The notes beneath the pieces are model-generated. The model was not told where the DNA came from. It did no database searches and saw only the letters and a list, made by a program, of their open reading frames with translations. A stretch of DNA of 64,000 nucleotides from Naegleria gruberi (taxonomy: Eukaryota): the NCBI GenBank assembly GCA_000004985.1, contig GG738882.1; one strand, 5' to 3'. Position 1 is the stretch's first letter; every line of letters starts with the position of its first letter. The position numbers and the translations under genes are program-made. Below, one piece after another: positions 20,586 through 29,909 of this stretch.

Positions 20586-22295
20586 TTAGAGTTTTGTCTT
20601 TTTGTACATGGACTTGAGTGCCTTTTGTCTAAGATCTTCCATTTCTTCAACGGATCGTTTGTTTTCTCCTCTATCAACTTTGATTCGGTCAGTTTCGTAA
20701 ATGGAGGCAAGATTTTTCTTTACTTCATCCTTTCTAAAGTTCTTTTCATAGGTTGCTAGATTGTGGACCTTAGCTCCTAAGGCAGTGGTACAATTTCTTG
20801 AAACCAAATTAGAAAGTTCAGCAATTTGTTTCAACAATTCACTTTCGTTTTCAATTTTTTTGTACTTTTTCAAATATTGTTCAAGAATGAAAACTTCAGA
20901 TCTGCAATCATAACAATGATCCATTCCTTCAACTTGCACGTTGTGTGGATAATAGTGAACTCTTGTTCTGGTATTGAAATAAAACATTTGACTTTCGTAT
21001 TTTGCAGTATCGTATGGAATAGTTCCACAATCTTTTGAACATACTAATCTTGTTTCGGTTGTTGTTTGAGGTCCCCATACTGGCAAGTAAATATCTCCCT
21101 TCAAATATTCATAGCTCTTCTCAGATTGTGTATCATAAGGTAGACGAAACTTGAGCATGGACATTTTTGGTTTAATTGTCAAATGCCAATTCATTTGTGC
21201 TTGATTATCCCACTTGACACACTTTTCAATCTCCTCACGGTGCTCTACTGTTTGATTTTCATTTCCCTTCTCTGGTTGAGCTGTTCTAATATCACTAATA
21301 AACAACACATTTTTATCAGCATACTTTGCAGCCAACTCATCAGTAAAGAAATCATTCACAATTGTAATCTTATCTGTTGGTTTACAAACAAATGGACTTG
21401 GATCTACAAGTACGAAACTCAAATCAGGAAATAAATCACTCAAAAAGTTTGTGTGGTGGCCAGGAGCAGCACCTGCATAAACAACAATTGCACCAGGATA
21501 ACCAAATTCAGTTAAGAATTCAATTTCTGACATGAGTAATTTACGTTGACCCCAGTGAATGACACTCTTCAACTCTGACTTTCTTCTACGGTAAGTTTCT
21601 TGAGGATCGTGTGGTTGGAGTATACGATTGGTTCTATCGAATGGTTTCTCTTCAATGTGTGGATCATTGTAGTGCAATATTTGTTCACAATGTGGATTTG
21701 ATTTCTTATCTGGCCATTCGTAATTTTCATATTGTTTCTTTCGGTAGGAGAGAACGAATTGATTGGGAGCTCTGTTGAATTGATGGTAGAATCGAACTCT
21801 TCCTTGCGGTTGTTGATAGGAAGATGTATAGGAATGTGGAGGAGAATATCTATCCTCATCCCTTTTTCTGAATCCTGCTTGTCTGATATAAGAAGAAGAA
21901 GAAGCAGAAGCATGATAATATTCTTGTCTACCATATGAAGGCCGTTCTTCTCTTTCTTGATAATGAACATGAGAAGAATGGAAAGGCCTTATGTTGCCAG
22001 CATTTCGTGCCTTAATTGGTTTTCTATCCTGATAAGGGGACGCAGAGGAACCAACACTGAAGCGTTCTTCTTCCTCATGATATTGGTGTTGGTAATTTCG
22101 TTGTTTATTATCTGAACGATAAGAAGAATTATCAACAACAAAATTATCCCTTCTGGAAGAAATGTATTGCCTATTGCTGGAGCTGCTAAAAGTTGAACGA
22201 GTTCCATCTGGTTGTTGAGGAGTATCACATTGTCGAGAACGTTGGAGGTTGTTGTTGTGATTATTGTTGGTTTGAGGGTGGCCACGATTGTTCAT
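20586..22295 (-). CDS. cap-specific mRNA (nucleoside-2'-O-)-methyltransferase of the poxvirus VP39 type, with a ~250-aa R/S/Y/Q-rich low-complexity N-terminal extension
   Basis: Single exon, 569 aa. The C-terminal ~320 aa align block-by-block with vaccinia VP39 as I recall it: HWGQRKLLMSEIEFLT vs YQGQLKLLLGELFFLS; AIVVYAGAAPGHHTNFLSDLF vs [21 protein letters not shown] (SAM-binding motif I); VLFISDIRT vs IILISDVRS; MLKFRLPY vs SLKWRCPF. N-terminal region is N/Q/R/S/Y-rich (…SYRSDNKQRNYQHQYHEEEERF…SPPHSYTSSYQQ…). Confidence 0.85.
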   Translation of the reverse strand: MNNRGHPQTNNNHNNNLQRSRQCDTPQQPDGTRSTFSSSSNRQYISSRRDNFVVDNSSYRSDNKQRNYQHQYHEEEERFSVGSSASPYQDRKPIKARNAGNIRPFHSSHVHYQEREERPSYGRQEYYHASASSSSYIRQAGFRKRDEDRYSPPHSYTSSYQQPQGRVRFYHQFNRAPNQFVLSYRKKQYENYEWPDKKSNPHCEQILHYNDPHIEEKPFDRTNRILQPHDPQETYRRRKSELKSVIHWGQRKLLMSEIEFLTEFGYPGAIVVYAGAAPGHHTNFLSDLFPDLSFVLVDPSPFVCKPTDKITIVNDFFTDELAAKYADKNVLFISDIRTAQPEKGNENQTVEHREEIEKCVKWDNQAQMNWHLTIKPKMSMLKFRLPYDTQSEKSYEYLKGDIYLPVWGPQTTTETRLVCSKDCGTIPYDTAKYESQMFYFNTRTRVHYYPHNVQVEGMDHCYDCRSEVFILEQYLKKYKKIENESELLKQIAELSNLVSRNCTTALGAKVHNLATYEKNFRKDEVKKNLASIYETDRIKVDRGENKRSVEEMEDLRQKALKSMYKKTKL

Positions 22296-22529
22296 TTTTC
22301 GAAAGACGAAATCAATAAATATTTGATTGAGGCGCCACCTTACATGTTTTTTGTCTAAGGATGTTGAAAGATATTCAAGATGGTAAATAGTTGGGCATTA
22401 TGATTATCGTGTTGATTTAAATTCTAATAATTTTGGATGATATTTTCGCACAGCTTTGTTTCGTAATATATTTTCATAATAATTTCACACTAATTTTCCT
22501 TCTATTGAAAAATGTTGATGAATTAACTA

Positions 22530-24266
22530 CTACTTGGAAGATAATCCGTAATTCATGTTGAATAGTTCTTGTATTTCAGTCGAATCCAAGAAGGGTTCCA
22601 AATCTGTTTCCACTTCCGAGCCAGCTGAGAAACTATCCAAAAAGCTGTTTAAACTTTCTTCATATTCCTTCATTCGGTGTTGAACTAGATTTTCATCCTC
22701 CCTTTCTGTTGTTGGAGTCAGGTCATTAAGATTGGAGATGTATTGGAAAAACTCATTGGCAGATTCAATTTTTGATAAATCCACAGTTGGGGGAGAAAAG
22801 CTCTGATTGGTAATGCATTCATTGAGGGCGTTATAGAATTGTTTCCTCTCAATTATTGTTTCAATTTCCTTAATCATATTGTGGTGGAAGAGTTGAACAC
22901 CCTTGTATCGTTTAGAGAGAATTTGAAGAGCTCTCAAATCTTTTGAAAGCACCTGATAGTAATCAATGGCACCTAGAGGAGAAGAAACGTCACAATTCTT
23001 GCGATCTCCCTTTTCAATGAGTTTAACAATTTGCAAATGGATTTTACAAGCAGCAGCAATTGGAGCAATCAAAAAGGAAGGAGAAAATGATAATTGGCCT
23101 GATTCAGTTGTGGTGGTTATTTTCAAAGCGCATTCTTCAATTTTATCCTTTCCTCTATTCATTTCAGTATAAATTCTAATCTTGAGTCCATTTCCAACAA
23201 TTTCTGCAATATCATTAAGAGTTCCAGAAACCCTCTGATTCTTCATCATCATTCCTTTACAAATACTAATTACAGCATCCAACATTTGAATGAAAATCAC
23301 ATAGGTACTCTCTGTTAATTTCTGGTCCAAAATCATACTCCACTCCTTTGGGAACTTGACGCCAATATGTTTTTCAGCAATTTCATGCCAATCTTTTAGC
23401 ATTCCCATAGCCGTATTCTCACTCTTGGCTTCACAGGTAAGAACTTGCTTGAATTTTTTCAAATTTATCTGATACTTTGTTGCTTTTAAATCGTCAATTG
23501 GGTTTTCATCTAAATAAAATTCAACAAATTTAAGGTAAAATCTAGCAGTTTTCAATTTTCCACATCCAATTTCATAACATGCCAAGTATGCATAGGCACT
23601 TGCTACATAAAAATTAGAGTGTTCATCGAAAATCTTGCTGAGAGCATCTCTGGCTTTACGTGCTGATTCATCTGCTGTTGGTGATGCAAGAGTTTCCTGC
23701 TCAATTTGTGCCTTAATAGCCATAAACATGGCCTTGACCTCTTTACAATTCGGTAATGAATCATCCTTACTCAATAAATAAGTTTCCAATTCCTTCGGAT
23801 TAATAACCCAAATCTCAGACATCATTTCTTCATAAATATCCAAATATTTCCTCATCTCTGCAAACTCATTAATTGTCTGATAAAGATTTCCTCCAACTCC
23901 AACTCCAGCACTAATATTACTTCCATTACCACCAATAGAAGAATTTGTAATAATACTTCCTGAATTAATTGTCAAATTATTAATCGAAATTAAATTATTA
24001 CAAGTTTCATTGAACGATGAATTTTCCATCTGGAATGTAATCTTTCCATCATTATTTGATTTCTTCTTCTTCCGAATCCTAGAGGCTCCCTTCTTTGCCT
24101 CTTCATAAACACATTCAACCTTCCTCCATTTACATCCACTACATGATGGCAATGCCCGATCGCAACATTTATGAAGACGTTTACAATTATTGCATGCTAT
24201 TGGATGGAATTGTGGTTTTTCTTCATCTATTGTGCCTGGTGATGGTGAGGATAATGGTTGTTGCAT
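22530..24266 (-). CDS. Zn(II)2Cys6 transcription factor, intronless paralog
   Basis: ATG (rc 24264-24266). N-terminus MQQPLSSPSPGTIDEEKPQFHPIACNNCKRLHKCCDRALPSCSGCKWRKVEC has the CX2CX6CX6CX2CX6C cluster preceded by the same FHPIAC motif as the 15204..17206 gene. 578 aa with Asn-rich low-complexity stretches. Confidence 0.8.
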   Translation of the reverse strand: MQQPLSSPSPGTIDEEKPQFHPIACNNCKRLHKCCDRALPSCSGCKWRKVECVYEEAKKGASRIRKKKKSNNDGKITFQMENSSFNETCNNLISINNLTINSGSIITNSSIGGNGSNISAGVGVGGNLYQTINEFAEMRKYLDIYEEMMSEIWVINPKELETYLLSKDDSLPNCKEVKAMFMAIKAQIEQETLASPTADESARKARDALSKIFDEHSNFYVASAYAYLACYEIGCGKLKTARFYLKFVEFYLDENPIDDLKATKYQINLKKFKQVLTCEAKSENTAMGMLKDWHEIAEKHIGVKFPKEWSMILDQKLTESTYVIFIQMLDAVISICKGMMMKNQRVSGTLNDIAEIVGNGLKIRIYTEMNRGKDKIEECALKITTTTESGQLSFSPSFLIAPIAAACKIHLQIVKLIEKGDRKNCDVSSPLGAIDYYQVLSKDLRALQILSKRYKGVQLFHHNMIKEIETIIERKQFYNALNECITNQSFSPPTVDLSKIESANEFFQYISNLNDLTPTTEREDENLVQHRMKEYEESLNSFLDSFSAGSEVETDLEPFLDSTEIQELFNMNYGLSSK

Positions 24267-25003
24267 TTTTTTGTTTGAGGTAATTGAAAGTCCGAAACAA
24301 ATATGGAGAGGAATTTGTTTTCCTTCCTAAATATGAAACGGAAAGGTGTTTTTAAAAACTGCGCTCAATCAACAACCTTAATCATCATTCTATCTGAAAT
24401 CTAACTAATTGTATCATCAAGGAAATTGAAAATTTTATGGAGAATTGAAAGAAATCCAACAGTTGTTGCGGTGTTATCCAGGGGGGACCAATGTTGATGT
24501 CCGCGTGTTACTGAAAATTAAATTAATAAAAATTATGGGTCAGAAAACGCCTTTGCTCCAGCCAATTTCAAAAAATATTCTTCTCCTTTCTTTTACGAAG
24601 ATTTTAAATTACTTGGCTACTGTGGAATGGATCTGGCTTATTACTTTGTTACATTAAATGATCGCTTTCATTATGGTGCTATATATCATTTTCTATCTAT
24701 AGGATGAATCTTGTCTTATTAGAATAAGTGCATTGGAAGTCTGAAAGTGGAGTTCCTAATTTATTGTTTTCCTCAGAGGAAAAATGTTGGCTTGTTTCCA
24801 CTACCACTATTCGACGCCTTGTTATTCAACAAATATATGAAATAAAGATTCGATAGTTTAGTATAGAAAAGAATAACATCTATAGATGGTTTTCTGAAAT
24901 CAAGGAAGATGGATACAGTACATATCTCAGATAATAAGCTTTGGATTGATTTTATTTTTTTAATAACGGCATGGTTGGAGAAATTGATAATAATTTTATT
25001 ATA

Positions 25004-26383
25004 TTATAGTGATTTGGCAATTATTTTATCCAATGAATCTTTCATCTCATTTCCATTCGAATCAACCATTAAAAAAGATTTTTTCAAATCCTTAATGAGC
25101 TTAAAATGATTTTTCACATTTCGAATAACAGATTCCTTGCCGAACACATGTTCTAATATTTCTTTCAAAGCAATAACATCAGCAGCAGCTGTATGCTGAT
25201 TTTCAATTGATTTTCTAAATAACTGTTGATAAATGTTACCTAATTTACATTGATTTTTCTCTAATTTCAACGCTTTCTTCAAAATTGGAATTGTATCTAA
25301 GAAAATGATATGACTATTTTTCAAACCATCTATTGTCTTTGAATTATTCATTCTCCAGTAATTGAAAGCACGATGTAGAACACTTTTGTCGAATGGTGCA
25401 TTATGAGCAAGAATTAAGGATTTCTTTGGTAAGAAATCAACAATTAATTTAACTGCTTCCATTTCCTTAGTTCCATTTTGCACCAATTCATTTGTGATTC
25501 CTGTTAATTTTTCAGCATCTCGTAAAATTTTCACTCTAGGAAGGATATATTTTGGAAATGATAAAAATCTATCTTTTGAAATATTATAAATATAACAATC
25601 AGTTGGAGCTCTTGTTTGAAGATCAGTTGTTTCAAAGTCCAAAATCAATACATCATATTCCTCAATAGATTCAATAAGACTACATTTGAATTGATGAGTA
25701 GTGCAGCCACCATTATTAAGACAACATTGTCTACATGATTTACAAGGTGCTTTTGTTGCTTTCCTTTTGTTACCACATTGGCACATTTCAATTCTAATTG
25801 AATTACACTTAGTTGATTTCTTTGGAGGAGGGTTTGTATTTGTATTTTGAGAGTTATTAGGTTGTGGTGTTTTTTGTGTATTACATTCAAACATTACTTC
25901 ATCCTCTTCCTTTTCCATTTTGAATTTTTCTAATCTAATCTTCCTACATAATTCTTGCTGAAGAGCATTTGTTAAATAGCAAGAATTCACCATACAATCG
26001 GATATTACTTTAGCCTTATCAGTTGAGCAATCATGTTTGGTCTGTAAATGATTTGACAAACTCTTTCCAATCACATAATTTTTTTGACATAAAGGACAAA
26101 CAATTGGATCGTTCTTGTTGCTGACTACATCAGTATCTTTCCGTAATGGAATTGAGTTTTGTTTCATATTAATGCTCTTAATTATTGTTTGCACATTGCC
26201 AATTACATCTTTTGGAACAACAATTTTTTTTACAAAATTATCTGGCAATGGAGGAATATCATATTCCAATATGAATCTTCCAATTGTAATGGTTGACTCT
26301 GCGTGAATTCCATAGCCTGNNNNNNNNNNNNNNNNNNNNNNNNNNNNNNNNNNNNNNNNNNNNNNNNNNATTTTTTTGAGCAT
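25004..26383 (-). CDS. DEDDh-family 3'-5' exonuclease (DnaQ/RNase T-like fold) with C2H2 zinc finger and Cys-rich region; interrupted by an assembly gap
   Basis: Exo I VLILDFETTD, Exo II ILAHNAPFDKSVL, Exo III HTAAADVIAL. C2H2-like CPLCQKNYVIGKSLSNHLQTKHD. Cys cluster CQCGNKRKATKAPCKSCRQCC. The N-terminal part runs into the N-run at 26320..26369, so the 5' end and true start are undefined. Confidence 0.6.
   Translation of the reverse strand: MLKKXXXXXXXXXXXXXXXXXXGYGIHAESTITIGRFILEYDIPPLPDNFVKKIVVPKDVIGNVQTIIKSINMKQNSIPLRKDTDVVSNKNDPIVCPLCQKNYVIGKSLSNHLQTKHDCSTDKAKVISDCMVNSCYLTNALQQELCRKIRLEKFKMEKEEDEVMFECNTQKTPQPNNSQNTNTNPPPKKSTKCNSIRIEMCQCGNKRKATKAPCKSCRQCCLNNGGCTTHQFKCSLIESIEEYDVLILDFETTDLQTRAPTDCYIYNISKDRFLSFPKYILPRVKILRDAEKLTGITNELVQNGTKEMEAVKLIVDFLPKKSLILAHNAPFDKSVLHRAFNYWRMNNSKTIDGLKNSHIIFLDTIPILKKALKLEKNQCKLGNIYQQLFRKSIENQHTAAADVIALKEILEHVFGKESVIRNVKNHFKLIKDLKKSFLMVDSNGNEMKDSLDKIIAKSL
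26320..26369. other. assembly gap (50 N)
   Basis: Run of n characters read directly. Confidence 0.99.
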
Positions 26384-26455
26384 AAAATTTTTATCAACTC
26401 AATTTTATTGTTTACAATTTGTCGAAATACTAACGTTGCATCGTTCCTCGCAACT

Positions 26456-27301
26456 CTACACAATATTAAGTCTGGCATAATGATCAGATATTTTAAATTT
26501 TGGTAATGAAAATATCCTGGCAGATTCTGAAACGTGATGAATATGTTTGATTTCAATAACTTTCCTTAATTGTTGGAATAATTCTAAATCATTCATATTT
26601 GGAACTTTATGTCTCAAAATACTAAACAATAATTCTAATCCATTAGTTGAAATGGTTGAGGTCATAACTTGATAATCAAAACTACTATCAAAATCACATT
26701 CTTCATATAAATATTCTTCATCTTGACAATTACACATCACATTAAACACAGAACTAACCTGACTACAATCAGAAAGTGAATCAGAATCATTCTGTTCATA
26801 ATCTATACATTTCTTCAACATTACCCAAAATCTTAAAATTGAAGCAACTCCTATTTTTGTTTGATCTGATATAAATGTCGTACTATTTACATATCTGATA
26901 ACCTTTTTCATATAATATATTTTATCTATTAATCCATAGTTATCTTCATCATGACATAAATTATAAAAAAGTGACATATATTTTAAATGTCTATAGAGAT
27001 TTGAAACTAATTGTAACTCTTCAGATGGCAATAAACGTTTCAGACGTATTTGATTTGCTAAATGATGTTTAAGAGTTTCTGTATTAGATGACTTTTCAAT
27101 AATATCAACAATATTTTCAAAATCTAATTGTGCATCCAGTATTTGGTAAACATCTTCACCCTTAGTCATCAAATATCCTTCTGATATTTTAGAAATTGGA
27201 GGAACACTTTCAATTAAGTTTTTTTTTAGATCATTTTTGATCTTTTGTAATGCAGATATTAATTTTGGATCTATCAAGTGTAAAACAGCATCCAAATTCA
27301 T
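26456..27301 (-). CDS. hypothetical protein; may be a separate gene or the 5' part of the exonuclease gene across the gap
   Basis: 281-aa ORF (MNLDAVLHLIDPKLISALQKIKNDL...). No recognised domain. Stop at 26456 lies 86 bp upstream (in gene orientation) of the gap. Confidence 0.3.
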   Translation of the reverse strand: MNLDAVLHLIDPKLISALQKIKNDLKKNLIESVPPISKISEGYLMTKGEDVYQILDAQLDFENIVDIIEKSSNTETLKHHLANQIRLKRLLPSEELQLVSNLYRHLKYMSLFYNLCHDEDNYGLIDKIYYMKKVIRYVNSTTFISDQTKIGVASILRFWVMLKKCIDYEQNDSDSLSDCSQVSSVFNVMCNCQDEEYLYEECDFDSSFDYQVMTSTISTNGLELLFSILRHKVPNMNDLELFQQLRKVIEIKHIHHVSESARIFSLPKFKISDHYARLNIV

Positions 27302-27328
27302 TTCATCTCTAACAACAACATCACTTTT

Positions 27329-27434
27329 TGGAGTGAGTATTCAACTCACTAAAGTTTATTGTAAACAATACACCAAGAAATAGGAAAATTTGTCTAAAAA
27401 ATTTTCAACATTGAGCAAGCTTAATACTTTGATT
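27329..27434 (+). repeat. repeat R1 copy A (106 bp)
   Basis: ggagtgagtattcaactcactaaagtttattgtaaacaatacaccaagaaataggaaaatttgtctaaaaaattttcaacattgagcaagcttaatactttgattc. Identical at 105 of 106 positions to 28304..28409. Confidence 0.85.
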
Positions 27435-28261
27435 CAAGGAGAGTAATTTTTTCAACCAGAGCAAGAAACAGCACGATAAACCTAGCACCAATTCTCTTCC
27501 GACCAGACATCCGGTTCCTTCATCTTCAACATTCGGACTGTTTATAATAATTGTTAAGTCAACAGAACACATTAACACTTTCAAAACAGTTGTTCTTCTT
27601 CGGAAAGCTCATATAGTCAAGGTGATACACAACAACAAGTATCCTTTTTCTTGATGGTTGCAAAAGTGAACGCTAAAGGATAGAGTTCAACCATACGCAA
27701 GTAGATAAGATTATTTCCCAAGAATACTTACTTCGGAATAAGTGGAGACAACTCATCACTTCCACCTTAGGCTCTCTAGTCTTTTATGAAATTCATGAAC
27801 CTTAAGACTGATGAACCAGCAAGTCTCCATCTCACCTAATAACAGTAACTTGATTGCTAACAAAGGATTCAGGGCTTCAATCAATCCTTCCGAATATATT
27901 GGACATAATGAGTTATGGGCTAGATGTTTTAAATTTGAAAATATTATCAGCCAAGCATATAATCTTGAACACACACCGCCACTTCCACATGTTATTAATA
28001 TTCCTGTTGACCTCCAAAATTGAATACCCTTAATGATCCATTCACAGCGAAACCTATTTATTCATCACGATTAGTAATCATTGACTTGATGTTCTCCAGA
28101 GAGGTGATGTTTTGATTTAAGCTAATGCATGGATTCAGGCTCCTTGAAGGCACATTCTCCATTTATATGGAATAATTAGCTTGTATGGTTTATCTAGATA
28201 GTTGAGTTTGTGGTTAAGTTTTAGCCAATCACGTATCAAAAGAATTAGGTTGCTAGTATGG

Positions 28262-28303
28262 GCTCATAATTTCCGAATTTATTGGTGTATTGTTGGATAA
28301 ATT
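28262..28303 (+). repeat. repeat R2 copy 1 (~42 bp)
   Basis: gctcataatttccgaatttattggtgtattgttggataaatt occurs at 28262..28303 and again at 28909..28950. Contains ttggtgtattgtt, the reverse complement of aacaatacaccaa inside R1, forming a 13-bp inverted repeat with the adjacent R1 copy B. Confidence 0.7.
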
Positions 28304-28409
28304 GGAGTAAGTATTCAACTCACTAAAGTTTATTGTAAACAATACACCAAGAAATAGGAAAATTTGTCTAAAAAATTTTCAACATTGAGCAAGCTTAATA
28401 CTTTGATTC
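28304..28409 (+). repeat. repeat R1 copy B (106 bp)
   Basis: One mismatch (A vs G at position 6) relative to copy A. Confidence 0.85.
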
Positions 28410-28496
28410 CCCACCACCCACCCCAACACTCGGTGAGTATATTAATTCTTTTGATACGTCTTTATTGTTATTTTATTAGTGGTGTTATCAAGGACT

Positions 28497-28665
28497 TTGT
28501 GGTGCTTAAAAATCTGCGCTCAATAGGCCAACATAGAACTGGGTTTTAGGGTTGGTGAGGGGATTTTTAGGTGTTATAGAGGTGATCAAATTTGATGCTT
28601 GATGAAGATCTGCGCTCAATAGGTCAACATAGAACTGGGTTCTAGGGTTGGTGAGGGGATTTTTT
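28497..28665 (+). repeat. two tandem ~97-bp units (R3)
   Basis: Unit 1 ...tgcttaaaaatctgcgctcaataggccaacatagaactgggttttagggttggtgaggggattttt... and unit 2 ...tgcttgatgaagatctgcgctcaataggtcaacatagaactgggttctagggttggtgaggggatttttt.... About 90% identical over the ~58-bp core. Confidence 0.75.
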
Positions 28666-28908
28666 GGAGTGTCAAAGACTCTGTGGGTGTTTGAATAATG
28701 GTTGTAGTATTGGACGAGGTAATTGTAATGGAATTGATTCTATTACAATTAGGCAAGATTTTCTTGAAAATTAATTTTCAAGTTTTTCATCTTGTCAACC
28801 ATTATTCGGTTTGCTAGTATTTCAAGGGTAATAGATTAGTAGAAATTGGTTTTGTGGTTGTTCAGTGTTGAAAATAATCTATTACGTGCGTGTAGTAGAA
28901 TAAAGCTC

Positions 28909-28950
28909 ATAATTTCCGAATTTATTGGTGTATTGTTGGATAAATTCGAA
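28909..28950 (+). repeat. repeat R2 copy 2
   Basis: gctcataatttccgaatttattggtgtattgttggataaatt, identical to 28262..28303. Confidence 0.7.
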
Positions 28951-29123
28951 TTAATTCGAAAATGGTGTTATAATAGCAAGATAGATAATTCCTCGCAAAG
29001 ATACAACTTCATTATCCATCATTGGATTCCTTAATCTTTTGAGAATGTGTATATAATCTTCAACATGTTACATTGCAAATTAATAAAAACAAGATTGAGA
29101 ACAAGTAATTATACTAATGGGTA

Positions 29124-29909
29124 TTAAAGCTCAGGGACTGTTTCACCTTTAAGGTGATTCAGCCTTGAGACCTGCTTTAATGGATATAAATCTTTATTAG
29201 CATCAACATGATACCACTCAGTATAATATTGTTTCATATAATTTTCGACTGTATCAATTTTAAATTCTCCATCCGCGCAACTACCAACTATTTCAATGTC
29301 ATTCCTATTCCATTTCTGAGTTATTTCTTGCAAATATTTCAATACCTCAGCCTGAGCATTCTTTCCTGGTAAATTAAATGCAGCTACAGGAAGAGAGAAA
29401 TAACCAGCTGTATCTATCAATTCAAAAACTACCACTTTTCCACATAAATCAATATTATCTATTTCTAATTGTAATAATTCTAAAAATGATTTAGGACCAT
29501 TTTCAAATCCAAAAATATTTCCCTTCACACATGTCAATAAAGATCGCACGGTAACAATATCCCAACTAATTAAACTAAACGAAGTTTGATTTTTCTTAGA
29601 TGTGAATTCTTTGGTCAGTTTCTCGATACTCTCTTCAGTATAAAGATGGCCATATAATAGTCCCTTGTTCCAGGTTTTAAGTGTGTTCTTATGAGGAGCT
29701 TGTATATTGCAACCATTGGATCCCCTGAAAATATCTATTAGTTTTTCTGATGAATAAAATCTAGCAAACTTCCAAAAATTCTTTACACATTGTGGATACT
29801 CTTTAGTTGTGTTGGGATGTATAATTCGTTCCATTTCATCTTTAATTCTAATGAGGTGAAAATCAAGATCATTTCCATTTTTTGAATAATTGTCAATTAA
29901 ATTCACCAT
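29124..29909 (-). CDS. hypothetical protein next to the repeat cluster (possibly transposon-derived)
   Basis: 261-aa ORF MVNLIDNYSKNGNDLDF.... The open frame extends about 120 nt upstream of the ATG. No family recognised. Placed between a repeat cluster and a 1.4-kb gene-free AT-rich region. Confidence 0.3.
   Translation of the reverse strand: MVNLIDNYSKNGNDLDFHLIRIKDEMERIIHPNTTKEYPQCVKNFWKFARFYSSEKLIDIFRGSNGCNIQAPHKNTLKTWNKGLLYGHLYTEESIEKLTKEFTSKKNQTSFSLISWDIVTVRSLLTCVKGNIFGFENGPKSFLELLQLEIDNIDLCGKVVVFELIDTAGYFSLPVAAFNLPGKNAQAEVLKYLQEITQKWNRNDIEIVGSCADGEFKIDTVENYMKQYYTEWYHVDANKDLYPLKQVSRLNHLKGETVPEL

Noticed and set aside
28540-28660. Telomere-like TTTAGGG / TTAGGG motifs inside R3 (gggttttagggttggtgagggg)
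   Set aside because: Single occurrences embedded in a longer repeat unit, not a tandem telomeric array. The region is internal and flanked by genes.
28497-28665. R3 tandem repeats as a CRISPR-like array
   Set aside because: Only two ~97-bp units with about 90% identity and no short repeat-spacer periodicity. The context is eukaryotic.
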